DNA of 64,000 nucleotides from Bacteroidota bacterium. GTDB lineage: Bacteria > Bacteroidota > Bacteroidia > UKL13-3. Position numbers and translations under genes: made by a program. The notes beneath the pieces were generated by a model, which saw nothing but the letters and a program-made list of their open reading frames with translations, did not search any database and was not told the origin of the DNA. This document shows, piece by piece, positions 37,318-46,792 of the stretch. Positions within the stretch are counted from its first letter, which is position 1. Every line of letters begins with the position of its first letter. The stretch covers positions 21,018 to 85,017 of the forward strand of contig CANKQY010000002.1 in the NCBI GenBank assembly GCA_947485745.1, in the 5' to 3' direction.

Positions 37318-37407
37318 TCTTTTTCCTTCGCAGGCATTATCCTGTTCAGGTTCCGAGGGTTTGATCTCAGCTTCTCTTATTTTTGATAAGATAGGCACCC
37401 CTAAAGA
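37318..37407 (-). promoter_or_regulatory. TPP (THI-box) riboswitch
   Basis: The reverse complement reads UCUUUAGGGGUGCCUAUCUUAUCAAAAAUAAGAGAAGCUGAGAUCAAACCCUCGGAACCUGAACAGGAUAAUGCCUGCGAAGGAAAAAGA. It contains the invariant GGGGUGC, CUGAGA, ACCC..GAACCUGA.C.GGAUAAUGCC.GCG blocks and a closing P1 (UCUUU/AAAGA). Confidence 0.85.
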
Positions 37408-37530
37408 CAAGGCAAACTTAAGCAAAATCTTGAATTAAAAAACATGGAATTTTTTATGACAATTCTACCATTAAACCTTTTAAGGTAAAAATCATCAAAA
37501 CAAATTGCACCTTTGCCGCTTATATCAAAA

Positions 37531-40359
37531 ATGAAAGCTACTATTTTTTTACGCTTTATAGCGGTCCTTTTTATAATTATTCCAAGTTTTGGATCAGCCC
37601 AAACTTATCAGTTAAGTGGTAAAATTTTTGAAAAGGAAACCATGCAACCCTTAGCTGGGGTAAGTGTAGCCATAAAAAAGAATGGGAAAATAATCTCTGG
37701 CTCAGCAAGCAATGAAAGGGGTTTGTTCCAAATAAGTAATCTATTACCTGACACTTATGAGGTTAATTTTTCATCTATAGGGATGATTGTTAAAAATCAA
37801 AGAGTGGTAATTACTTCAGATAAATATATTGGTGCCGTATTTATGGATAAAAGCACAAATAGCTTAAGTGAATTAAAAATAGAAAGCACTCAAATTAGGG
37901 TAGAGCAAAAAGGAGATACAACCAGTATCAATGCAAGTGCATTTAAAGTAAATCCCGATGCCACCGCAGAAGATTTAGTGAAAAAAATGCCTGGAGTTAC
38001 CATTGAAAATGGAACGGTTAAAGCGCAAGGTGAAGAGGTAAAAAAGATTTTATTGGATGGTAAAGAATTTTTTGGAGACGATGCTCAAATGGCTTTAAAA
38101 AACTTGCCAGCTGAAGTGGTAGATAAGGTGCAAATTTTTAATAGGCTTGGCGATCAAGCTCAATTTACTGGTTTTAATGATGGTAATACCGATAAAACCA
38201 TGAACATTACCACCAAATCTGGTAGGAATAACGGCAAGTTTGGAAAAGTGTATGCTGGTTATGGGACAGACGACAGGTATCAGGCAGGAATGAACCTTAA
38301 TTTGTTTAAAGGCAACCAAAGGATTACCATTTTAGGATTGACGAACAATATCAATCAACAGAATTTCTCTATGCAAGATATGTTTGGTGGAGGCGCTTCC
38401 TCCTCACGCATGCCAATGGGCGGTGGAGGTTCTGGAGGTAGGTCTTATGGCGGTGGAGGTGGAGGAATGGGCGATATGAGCAACTTTTTTGTAGGTCAAC
38501 AAAGTGGTATTAGCACTACTAATTCAATTGGAATAAATTATTCAGATAAATGGGGCGCAAAAACCATTGTAAGTGGCAGCTATTTTTTTAATAATAGTTC
38601 AACGCTTACGAATAAAGTAGTAAACAGAAATTATTTAATAAACCCAGAGGTAAGTCAGTTATATAAAGACAGCACTGGTAGCGAAACCAACAATTTCAAT
38701 CATAGGTTCAACCTAAGATTAGAGCACACCTTTGATTCATTTAACGCTATCATTTATACACCTAGAATTAGCTTTCAAAACAACAACAGTGAGAGTAACC
38801 AATATGCGGCCAACTCTCAAAATGACACTACTTTAAATAAAACATCAACTAGTAAAACACCTAATAATACTGGATACAATATCAGTAATAATATTTTATT
38901 TAGGCACAAATTTATAAAAGTGGGCAGAACCATTAGTCTTAATTTAGGTAATGATATCAATAGAAAGAATACTGTTACTGATCAATATTCTGATATTTAT
39001 AATATTGATACAAATTTTGTTTTGAATAAGCGAAGCATTAAACAAAATAGCAATGCTACAACTAATGCAACTAATTATTCGGCCAATTTAACCTACACCG
39101 AACAGGTTTCTAAATACGCCCAATTGCAATTTAGTTATAATCCATCTTTGGCATTAAATTATTCTGATAAATTAACAAATAGATATGATTCTGTTAGCGA
39201 GTCGTACAATCAAATTGATACTTTATTAAGTAATACATTCGACAATACCATTACTACCCATAAGGCAAATGTTAGTTTAAATTATAATAAAGATAATCAT
39301 AATTTAACCGCCGGTGTAACGGCCCAATACCTTACTATTGCGAGCATTCAATCGTATCCTACAAACAGAGAGTTTGAAAAGCCTTATAAAAACCTATTGC
39401 CCATCATTACCTACCAATATAAATTTACCAATAGTAAAACTTTGAGATTGGTTTATAGAACCAATACCAATACACCCAATGTTACACAATTGCAGAATGT
39501 TTTTGATAACAGTAACCCTTTATTAATTTCTACTGGAAATCCAAATTTAAGGCAGGAATATTCCAATACGCTTGTTACCAGATATGGGGCAAACAATGCG
39601 CATAATTCTCAAAGTTTTTTTGTGTTTGGCATGGTAAGTTTTACAAGTGATTATATTGCCAATAGCCTATATACAGCCACCAAAGACTCCACTTTGTCGA
39701 GTGGGGTGATTATAGGAAGGGGCGCACAACTTTCGCAGCCAGTTAATTTAAACGGAAATGTTAATGCAAGAAGTTTTGCAACCTATGGCATTCCATTAAA
39801 AAAGGCTAAAAGCAATTTGAACTTAAACCTCGGCTTAAATTTCACAAAAGTGCCAGGTAGGGTGAATCAATTGGTCAATTACGCCAATACTTTTAATATT
39901 ACTGGAGGTTTGGTTTTGGGCAGTAATATTAGTGAACAAGTTGACTTTACTCTTAGTCATAATACCAATATTAATCTGGTGAAAAACTCTTTATTGGTAA
40001 CCGAAAGCAATAACTATTTCATCAATACAAGTAATTTTAAAGTGAATGTTATGCCATTAAAATCAATTGTGTTGAATGCCGATATTAGCTATACAAATTA
40101 CCAAGGATTAGGTAGTAGCTTTAACTCAGATTTCTTGTTATTTAATGCAGCATTTGCCTATAAATTTATGAATAAATTGGCAGAGGTTAAACTATCTGTT
40201 TTTGACATTTTGAACCAAAATAATAGTATCAGTAGAACTGTTACAGAAACTTATATTGAAGACACCAGGTCTAATGTATTGAATAGGTATTTTATGCTAA
40301 CCTTCACTTATAATATTAGAAAGTTCACTTCAACGGCAGCGCCAGTTCAGGGTAAATAA
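37531..40359 (+). CDS. outer-membrane beta-barrel family protein (TonB-dependent-receptor-like, with CarboxypepD_reg N-domain)
   Basis: Signal peptide, then a carboxypeptidase-regulatory-like domain (YQLSGKIFEKETMQPLAGVSVAI...). Plug-like segment (AEDLVKKMPGVTIENGTVKAQGEEVKKILLDGKEFFGDD). Long Asn/Thr/Ser-rich barrel. Start moved to ATG 37531. Confidence 0.75.
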   Translation: MKATIFLRFIAVLFIIIPSFGSAQTYQLSGKIFEKETMQPLAGVSVAIKKNGKIISGSASNERGLFQISNLLPDTYEVNFSSIGMIVKNQRVVITSDKYIGAVFMDKSTNSLSELKIESTQIRVEQKGDTTSINASAFKVNPDATAEDLVKKMPGVTIENGTVKAQGEEVKKILLDGKEFFGDDAQMALKNLPAEVVDKVQIFNRLGDQAQFTGFNDGNTDKTMNITTKSGRNNGKFGKVYAGYGTDDRYQAGMNLNLFKGNQRITILGLTNNINQQNFSMQDMFGGGASSSRMPMGGGGSGGRSYGGGGGGMGDMSNFFVGQQSGISTTNSIGINYSDKWGAKTIVSGSYFFNNSSTLTNKVVNRNYLINPEVSQLYKDSTGSETNNFNHRFNLRLEHTFDSFNAIIYTPRISFQNNNSESNQYAANSQNDTTLNKTSTSKTPNNTGYNISNNILFRHKFIKVGRTISLNLGNDINRKNTVTDQYSDIYNIDTNFVLNKRSIKQNSNATTNATNYSANLTYTEQVSKYAQLQFSYNPSLALNYSDKLTNRYDSVSESYNQIDTLLSNTFDNTITTHKANVSLNYNKDNHNLTAGVTAQYLTIASIQSYPTNREFEKPYKNLLPIITYQYKFTNSKTLRLVYRTNTNTPNVTQLQNVFDNSNPLLISTGNPNLRQEYSNTLVTRYGANNAHNSQSFFVFGMVSFTSDYIANSLYTATKDSTLSSGVIIGRGAQLSQPVNLNGNVNARSFATYGIPLKKAKSNLNLNLGLNFTKVPGRVNQLVNYANTFNITGGLVLGSNISEQVDFTLSHNTNINLVKNSLLVTESNNYFINTSNFKVNVMPLKSIVLNADISYTNYQGLGSSFNSDFLLFNAAFAYKFMNKLAEVKLSVFDILNQNNSISRTVTETYIEDTRSNVLNRYFMLTFTYNIRKFTSTAAPVQGK

Positions 40360-41451
40360 TTACGGAATTTCAATTGTACAGCTGATCATTTTATGATCGC
40401 TAAAATTAAGTGTGTTGGTTTTGTAATTATAGCTATTCCAACTTGGGTTGTGTAAAATATAATCAATTCTAAAGGAAGGCATTTTTCCAATGTAAGTTCT
40501 ACTCATTCCTCTGCCAGATTGATTAAAGGCATCTTTCATTTTTCCTCGAATGGTATGATAAGAGAAGCTAGTTGGTGAATCATTGAAATCGCCACATAAC
40601 ACAACTTTATGAGGTGAAACCAATAGGCGTTCTCTAATTTTATCTGCCTGTTTGGCTCTATATTGAAAGGCGTATTTTAGTTTGGAAATTATTCTCCTAA
40701 CTTTATATGAATCTGGACCGTCTTCTACTTCCTTAATTTCTTCAAAGGTTTTATAATCTTCTTTATCAAAAACAATCGATTTTAAATGGGTATTGATTAT
40801 CCGAATAGTGTCATTTCCGAATAGGATATCTGCAAAGACAGTAAGGTTGCTGTTTTGGTTTTCTAATTCAAGGAAACCCTTATTAATAACGGGATATTTT
40901 GAAAAAACACAAACGCCAAAACCTGTAGGAAATGTATTACTCAAAGCATCAGCATTTACATTGGCAAAATTTTTGTATTGTTCAAAAAATCTTTTAAACA
41001 TTGGCTTTTCGTAATTGCCACCTAAATTAGCAAATTCTTGGAGGCAAATAACGTCTGGATTGATTTTATCTAAAATCTTAAAGAAATAGCCAGAATCGCC
41101 TCCATTATAATCATAAGCACCCATATAATGTGTGTTAAAACTAACAACATTTAATTTTCTTAGGCTTGGGTTTTCAGCAGTATCTTTTGCATTGATTTGA
41201 ATAAATGAAGGAATATTGATCAAAGATAAAAGAAAGGCAATAAGTGGCAATGCAATATTTTTTTTGTGTTTTAGGATGACCCAATAAAGCAGAAAAATAA
41301 AATTGATGATAAATACAAAAGGAAAGGCCAACCCAAAAAAAGCTAAAGGCCAAAAATCTTGAGGAGAAACATAAGGCGAGAGATTTCCCAACACCAATGA
41401 AATGGAAACCAATAATGATGTTACGAAAAGGACAAACTTTAATAATTTCAA
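40360..41451 (-). CDS. endonuclease/exonuclease/phosphatase (EEP) family protein with N-terminal membrane domain
   Basis: Three N-terminal TM helices, then the EEP blocks VVSFNTH, VICLQEF, LCGDFND and FSDHKM. Confidence 0.8.
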   Translation of the reverse strand: MKLLKFVLFVTSLLVSISLVLGNLSPYVSPQDFWPLAFFGLAFPFVFIINFIFLLYWVILKHKKNIALPLIAFLLSLINIPSFIQINAKDTAENPSLRKLNVVSFNTHYMGAYDYNGGDSGYFFKILDKINPDVICLQEFANLGGNYEKPMFKRFFEQYKNFANVNADALSNTFPTGFGVCVFSKYPVINKGFLELENQNSNLTVFADILFGNDTIRIINTHLKSIVFDKEDYKTFEEIKEVEDGPDSYKVRRIISKLKYAFQYRAKQADKIRERLLVSPHKVVLCGDFNDSPTSFSYHTIRGKMKDAFNQSGRGMSRTYIGKMPSFRIDYILHNPSWNSYNYKTNTLNFSDHKMISCTIEIP

Positions 41452-41459
41452 AATGCTTT

Positions 41460-42335
41460 TTAATCTTTACTTGCTTTAAATAAAATTTCTTTTTCCTGTT
41501 TATCTAAACTCTCATATCCCTTCTTTGAAATCTTTTCCAATATGAGGTCAATTTCTTGTTGGCTTGGTTTCTTTCCTGTTTCTGGTCTAATAACGTTAGC
41601 CTTGTGATGAATCTTAATTGTAGTTTTTGGTTCAAATATTTTACCTATACTATCAAATAAACGATCAAGTATGGCTGGTATATTGCTTTGACTGTACAGT
41701 AACTTAATAAATAAATAGCCAAATGCAGCTCCTCCTAAGTGGGCGATGTGCCCTCCAGCATTGCCTCCAGGAATACTTATGAGGTCTAAAAAAACCGAAA
41801 CAATTGCAATGTATTTTAGGCGAACAGGACCTAAAATTAATAAGTGAACTTGGTAATCTGGCAATAGGGTGGCGGTAGCAACTACAATAGACAAAACGCC
41901 AGCCGAAGCGCCCAGTGCATAAGATAAGGAAACTTCATTTGCAAAAGCTGGAAAAAGGTTATAAGCTATGATGTAGATTAAACCGCCAAAAATTCCCCCA
42001 AGAAAGTATGCCTGACAAGTTTTTGAATTGCCAAGGTATTGCTGGAATATATCTCCTAGCCAATACAACCAAAGCATATTAAACAAGATATGTAAAAAGC
42101 CTTCATGCAAAAACATGTAGGAGAAAATACTCCATGGTTGAAAAATGAAATTTGAGAAGGAGGCGGGCAGCATCAAGTATTTTAAAAAACTACTTTGTAT
42201 TGCTCCTTGATTGAACAAAAACAATAAAACCCCAGTTATGCTGAGAATAATAAAAATGGAAACATTGATCAGAATTATCTGAACAATGGCATTTCCTTTT
42301 TTAAACTTAAGTTTTAAATTCTCTAACGAATCCAT
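41460..42335 (-). CDS. rhomboid-family intramembrane serine protease
   Basis: HEGFLHILFNM, catalytic-Ser block GASAGV and His block HIAHLGGAAFG. Soluble Lys/Glu-rich C-terminal tail. Confidence 0.85.
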   Translation of the reverse strand: MDSLENLKLKFKKGNAIVQIILINVSIFIILSITGVLLFLFNQGAIQSSFLKYLMLPASFSNFIFQPWSIFSYMFLHEGFLHILFNMLWLYWLGDIFQQYLGNSKTCQAYFLGGIFGGLIYIIAYNLFPAFANEVSLSYALGASAGVLSIVVATATLLPDYQVHLLILGPVRLKYIAIVSVFLDLISIPGGNAGGHIAHLGGAAFGYLFIKLLYSQSNIPAILDRLFDSIGKIFEPKTTIKIHHKANVIRPETGKKPSQQEIDLILEKISKKGYESLDKQEKEILFKASKD

Positions 42336-42482
42336 GTTTACTTTTCAAACATACGCATCCGATAGGTATTTAAAAAGAAATGTCATTGTTTTCTAAAATG
42401 AAATATTCCCTTAAATTGCCACTTGTAGCAGCTAAAATTATTGTTACAAAAAACAACTTTTTGAACCTAATACCTTGATAAA

Positions 42483-45452
42483 ATGAACTATAAAAAGGCA
42501 GTATTAATACTTTTTTTGTTTTTCCAATCTCTTTTTGGTGCAATTGCCCAAACTGGTTTTCCCTTAAATGGTCCTCCAGATGTGCGCCCTAACTATATTG
42601 CAATAAGCAATGTAAACATACAGGTTGATCCAAAAACAATGATTAAAGGTGCAACAATTTTGATATTGAATGGCATCATTGAGTTGGTTGGAACCAATGT
42701 TCTCGTGCCTAAAGAAGCTCGAATAATTGATGGTAGAGGAAAATACCTGTATCCTTCGTTCATTGATTTATATAGTAATTATGGCATAACCATTCCATCG
42801 AGCCTCAAACCAAAAGGAAACCAATACTCAAACAATTTAAAGGGGGCATATGCTTGGAATGATGCTGTTAGATTAAACATAAATGCAATAGATTATTTTC
42901 AATACGACGATAAAAGAAGTAAGCAATATTTGTCATCAGGTTTTGGATCAACTTTAAGTGCCCTGCAGGATGGAATATTTAGAGGCAGCGCAGCATTGGT
43001 TTTAACAAGTAAAAGTCAGGAGCAAAAGCTAGTTATTAAGGCAAAAGCTGCTTGTGAAATGAGTTTTAATAAAGGAACTAGCAAACAAGATTACCCTTCC
43101 TCAGCAATGGGTGTGGTGGCATTGGTAAGGCAAACTTATTTGGATGCTAATTGGTATAATACACAAAAAGTAGAGACCAATTTAAGTTTCGAAAATTACA
43201 ATGAAATTAAGTCTTTGCCTACAGTTTTTGAGGTTGAAAATAAACTTGCGGTTTTAAGGGCAGGAAAAATTGGTAAAGAATTTGGAATATCCTATTTGAT
43301 TAAGGGGAATGGTGATGAATACCAAAGATTGAACGAGATAGCAGCCTTGGGAATGCCTTTAATTTTGCCCCTTAATTTTCCAAAAGTATATGAAGTGGAA
43401 GAGCCCTTTGATGCAATGAATGTTAGCTTGGGTGATTTAAAACATTGGGAAATGGCACCATCAAACGCTGGAATGGTTGCTAGTAAGAAAATTCCTTTTG
43501 CATTAACCTCCTCCGGTTGTGCCGATGCAAATGAGTTTTTGAAAAACCTTAGAAAGGCTGTTGAAAGCGGGCTTAAGGAAGAGGATGCCTTAAACGCATT
43601 AACAATTCAACCGGCACTATGGCTCCAAATGGACCAAAAATTAGGTTCAATACAAAAAGGAAAAATGGCCAATTTTTTCATCTGCAATTTGCCTCTTTTC
43701 AATCAAAATGCAACCATTGAGGAGCATTGGGTCAAAGGTGAACAAACTGTTTTAAAAAAAGTAAGCGATTATTCTTTAGAGGGAAATTATCAAGTAGCAC
43801 TAAAAAGCAGGCCAAACTCAATTTTGAGTATAATAAAAAAGGACAATGGATTAGAAGCCCAAATTTTTGGATTGGATACTATGAAAGTTTCAGTGAAAGA
43901 GCAGGCTGGTTTGTATCAATTTAGTTTTAAGGAAGAAAAAAAATCAGACAATCAGGTTCGAATAGATGCATGGGCAATTCAATTGGATAGCAATAGTTAT
44001 CTGGTGAAAAAACTCGCAGGAAGTGCAACATTACCAAATGGAGAAAATGAGCAATTTACTGCATCATGGGTTTCGGTTCAAACCGAAAAAAGTAAAACTG
44101 ATACTAGCGCAAAAAATTTGATAGGCAAGGTAATTTATCCGTTCACAGAATATGGAAATGAAACCCTTCCAAAACCACAGAATTATTTGTTCAAAAATGC
44201 TACTGTTTGGACCAATGAAAAAGAAGGAATTATAGAAGAGGTAGATGTTGCCATTAGTAACGGTAAAATAAGTGCCATTGGAAAAGGTTTAAGTTCTGAA
44301 AATTATATTGTTGTTGATGCCAAAGGTAAACAGCTAACGAGTGGAATTATTGATGAGCACTCGCATATAGCCATTTATCGTGGGGTGAATGAATGCACAC
44401 AAAACAATACCGCAGAGGTAAGAATTGGTGATGTAATAAATTCAGATGACATAAATATTTATAGGCAGTTGAGTGGAGGGGTAATTGCCTGCCAACAATT
44501 GCATGGCTCATGTAACCCTGTGGGCGGGCAAAGCAGCATCATCAAACTTCGATGGGGGCAGGGTCCAGAGAACATGAAAATTGCCAATGCAGATGGCTTC
44601 ATAAAATTTGCCTTGGGAGAAAACGTAAAGCAAAGTAATTGGAATACTGCAACTGGCAGGTATCCACAAACAAGAATGGGTGTGGAGCAGGTATATTATG
44701 ATGCATTTATTAGGGCAAAAGCTTATGAAGCTGCCATGAAAACAAATCCGAAGCTTACACGCAGGGATTTAGAACTTGATGCATTGGTAGAAATTCTGAA
44801 CAAGAAACGATTCATTAGTTGCCATAGTTATGTTCAAAGTGAAATCAATATGTTGATGCATGTGGCAGATAGCATGGGATTTAAGGTAAACACATTCACA
44901 CATATACTTGAAGGTTATAAAGTGGCTGATAAAATGAAGGCCCATGGCGTAAGCGCAAGTACTTTTGCGGATTGGTGGGCATATAAGTATGAGGTAATAG
45001 AGGCCATCCCACAGAATGCAGTAATTTTAAATAAAATGGGCGTTGTTACTGCTATCAATAGTGATGATGCTGAAATGGGCCGGAGGTTAAACCAAGAGGC
45101 TGCTAAGATGATAAAATACGGTAAAATTAGTGAGGAAGATGCTTGGAAAATGGTTACCTTAAATCCGGCGAAAATGCTTCATATTGATGCACAAACAGGA
45201 AGTATAAAGGTTGGAAAGGATGCTGATTTGGTTTTGTGGAGCGCAAATCCGCTCAGTATTGATGCAAAGGTAGAAATGACATTGGTGGATGGTACTTGTT
45301 ATTTTAGTAGGGAGCAAGACTTGGTAAAACGCAGTAGTAACCAAAAGGAAAGAGAAAGAATCATTCAAAAAATGCTATTGGCCAAACAGAAGGGCGAAAA
45401 ATCGGAACATAAGGTTTCGGCACCCGATCCTGATTACCATTGTGAAGATTAG
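42483..45452 (+). CDS. amidohydrolase-family protein (two amidohydrolase-like halves; only the C-terminal one retains HxH)
   Basis: Signal peptide. The N-half has YPSFIDLYSNYG where PGxIDxHxH is expected. The C-half has SGIIDEHSHIA and GKDADLVLW. Confidence 0.75.
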   Translation: MNYKKAVLILFLFFQSLFGAIAQTGFPLNGPPDVRPNYIAISNVNIQVDPKTMIKGATILILNGIIELVGTNVLVPKEARIIDGRGKYLYPSFIDLYSNYGITIPSSLKPKGNQYSNNLKGAYAWNDAVRLNINAIDYFQYDDKRSKQYLSSGFGSTLSALQDGIFRGSAALVLTSKSQEQKLVIKAKAACEMSFNKGTSKQDYPSSAMGVVALVRQTYLDANWYNTQKVETNLSFENYNEIKSLPTVFEVENKLAVLRAGKIGKEFGISYLIKGNGDEYQRLNEIAALGMPLILPLNFPKVYEVEEPFDAMNVSLGDLKHWEMAPSNAGMVASKKIPFALTSSGCADANEFLKNLRKAVESGLKEEDALNALTIQPALWLQMDQKLGSIQKGKMANFFICNLPLFNQNATIEEHWVKGEQTVLKKVSDYSLEGNYQVALKSRPNSILSIIKKDNGLEAQIFGLDTMKVSVKEQAGLYQFSFKEEKKSDNQVRIDAWAIQLDSNSYLVKKLAGSATLPNGENEQFTASWVSVQTEKSKTDTSAKNLIGKVIYPFTEYGNETLPKPQNYLFKNATVWTNEKEGIIEEVDVAISNGKISAIGKGLSSENYIVVDAKGKQLTSGIIDEHSHIAIYRGVNECTQNNTAEVRIGDVINSDDINIYRQLSGGVIACQQLHGSCNPVGGQSSIIKLRWGQGPENMKIANADGFIKFALGENVKQSNWNTATGRYPQTRMGVEQVYYDAFIRAKAYEAAMKTNPKLTRRDLELDALVEILNKKRFISCHSYVQSEINMLMHVADSMGFKVNTFTHILEGYKVADKMKAHGVSASTFADWWAYKYEVIEAIPQNAVILNKMGVVTAINSDDAEMGRRLNQEAAKMIKYGKISEEDAWKMVTLNPAKMLHIDAQTGSIKVGKDADLVLWSANPLSIDAKVEMTLVDGTCYFSREQDLVKRSSNQKERERIIQKMLLAKQKGEKSEHKVSAPDPDYHCED

Positions 45453-45493
45453 ATAATCCGAAGAAACCAATTTAAAAATTAGTAACTAAGAAA

Positions 45494-46744
45494 ATGAATA
45501 AGATTAAATATATCACAAGTATTTGCTTCTTCCTATTGTTTTTAACTGGGATGAATGCACAACAAAGTACTACCATTATCATGAATGGGACTATTCATGT
45601 TGGCAATGGCGAGGTAATTGAAAATGGCGTTTTAGTGATGGAACAAGGCAAAATTGTGCAAGTTGGAAAAACACTCAGTTCGCTTTATAAAACAGCTAAG
45701 GTCATAGATGCAAAGGGCAAACATGTGTATCCAGGTTTAATTGCAATGAACAATATAATGGGGCTAAACGAGATTGATGCTGTAAGAGCTACCCATGATT
45801 ATAATGAAGATGGATCTATGAACCCAAATGTTCGTTCAATGATAGCTTATAATACAGATTCTAAAATATTGCCAACTGCACTTTTTAATGGGGTGCTATT
45901 TACACAACCTATTCCTCTTGGAGGAACTATTAGCGGGAGCAGTAGTCTCATGAAAACTAAGGGCTGGAATTGGGATGATGCTGTTATGAAAGCTGATGAG
46001 GGTATCCATTTAAATTGGCCTTTTGTTGAAAATAATAAACCTGAGGAAGAAAATAGAGGAGAAAAGGGGATTGCAGAAATAAATAATTTTTTTGCTGAAG
46101 CTTTTCAATATTCGATGCAAAGCAAACCAATTTTTAATGCACGTTTATCAGCAATGACTGGTATTTTTTCTGGTGAGAAAAACCTTTATGTTCATGCCAA
46201 TGATGCTAGAAGTATAGTTAGAGCCATTACTTTTTTTAAACAAAAGTATCCTGCAATTAAGTTGATTTTAGTGGGTGCTCAAGAAGCTTATTTGGTTTCA
46301 GATATTATAAAAAGTAACAACGTTCAAGTTGTTCTTGGAAACATACATAGATTGCCTGCTCACAATGCAGATGGGATTGATCAACCCTATCAAACTCCAG
46401 GGCAGCTTGCTAAACTTGGGGTAACTTTTGCGCTATCACAAGAAGGAAGTTGGGAGGTTAGGAATTTGGCTTATTTGGCTGGAACCGCAGCGGCATATGG
46501 TTTAAATAAAGAAGAAGCCTTAAAAGCAATTACTTTAACGCCTGCTAAAATAATGGGTGTTGACCAACAAATAGGTAGCCTAGAGATTGGAAAGGATGCT
46601 TCAATTATTATCAGTGAAGGCGATCTTTTAGATATGAAAAGCAGTAGCATTTATATGATTTTTTTAAATGGCGAAACACTTGATTTAAAAAACGAACAGG
46701 TGCTCCTTTATGAAAAATATTTAAAAAAGTATAAAATTGATTAG
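45494..46744 (+). CDS. amidohydrolase-family protein (metal-ligand motif degenerate)
   Basis: Signal peptide. YPGLIAMNNIMG in place of PGxIDxHxH. C-terminal GSLEIGKDASIII. Confidence 0.7.
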   Translation: MNKIKYITSICFFLLFLTGMNAQQSTTIIMNGTIHVGNGEVIENGVLVMEQGKIVQVGKTLSSLYKTAKVIDAKGKHVYPGLIAMNNIMGLNEIDAVRATHDYNEDGSMNPNVRSMIAYNTDSKILPTALFNGVLFTQPIPLGGTISGSSSLMKTKGWNWDDAVMKADEGIHLNWPFVENNKPEEENRGEKGIAEINNFFAEAFQYSMQSKPIFNARLSAMTGIFSGEKNLYVHANDARSIVRAITFFKQKYPAIKLILVGAQEAYLVSDIIKSNNVQVVLGNIHRLPAHNADGIDQPYQTPGQLAKLGVTFALSQEGSWEVRNLAYLAGTAAAYGLNKEEALKAITLTPAKIMGVDQQIGSLEIGKDASIIISEGDLLDMKSSSIYMIFLNGETLDLKNEQVLLYEKYLKKYKID

Positions 46745-46792
46745 TCAAAAATTTTCCATTAAAAACAGATATTTGTGCTTTGCGCGTAAAGA

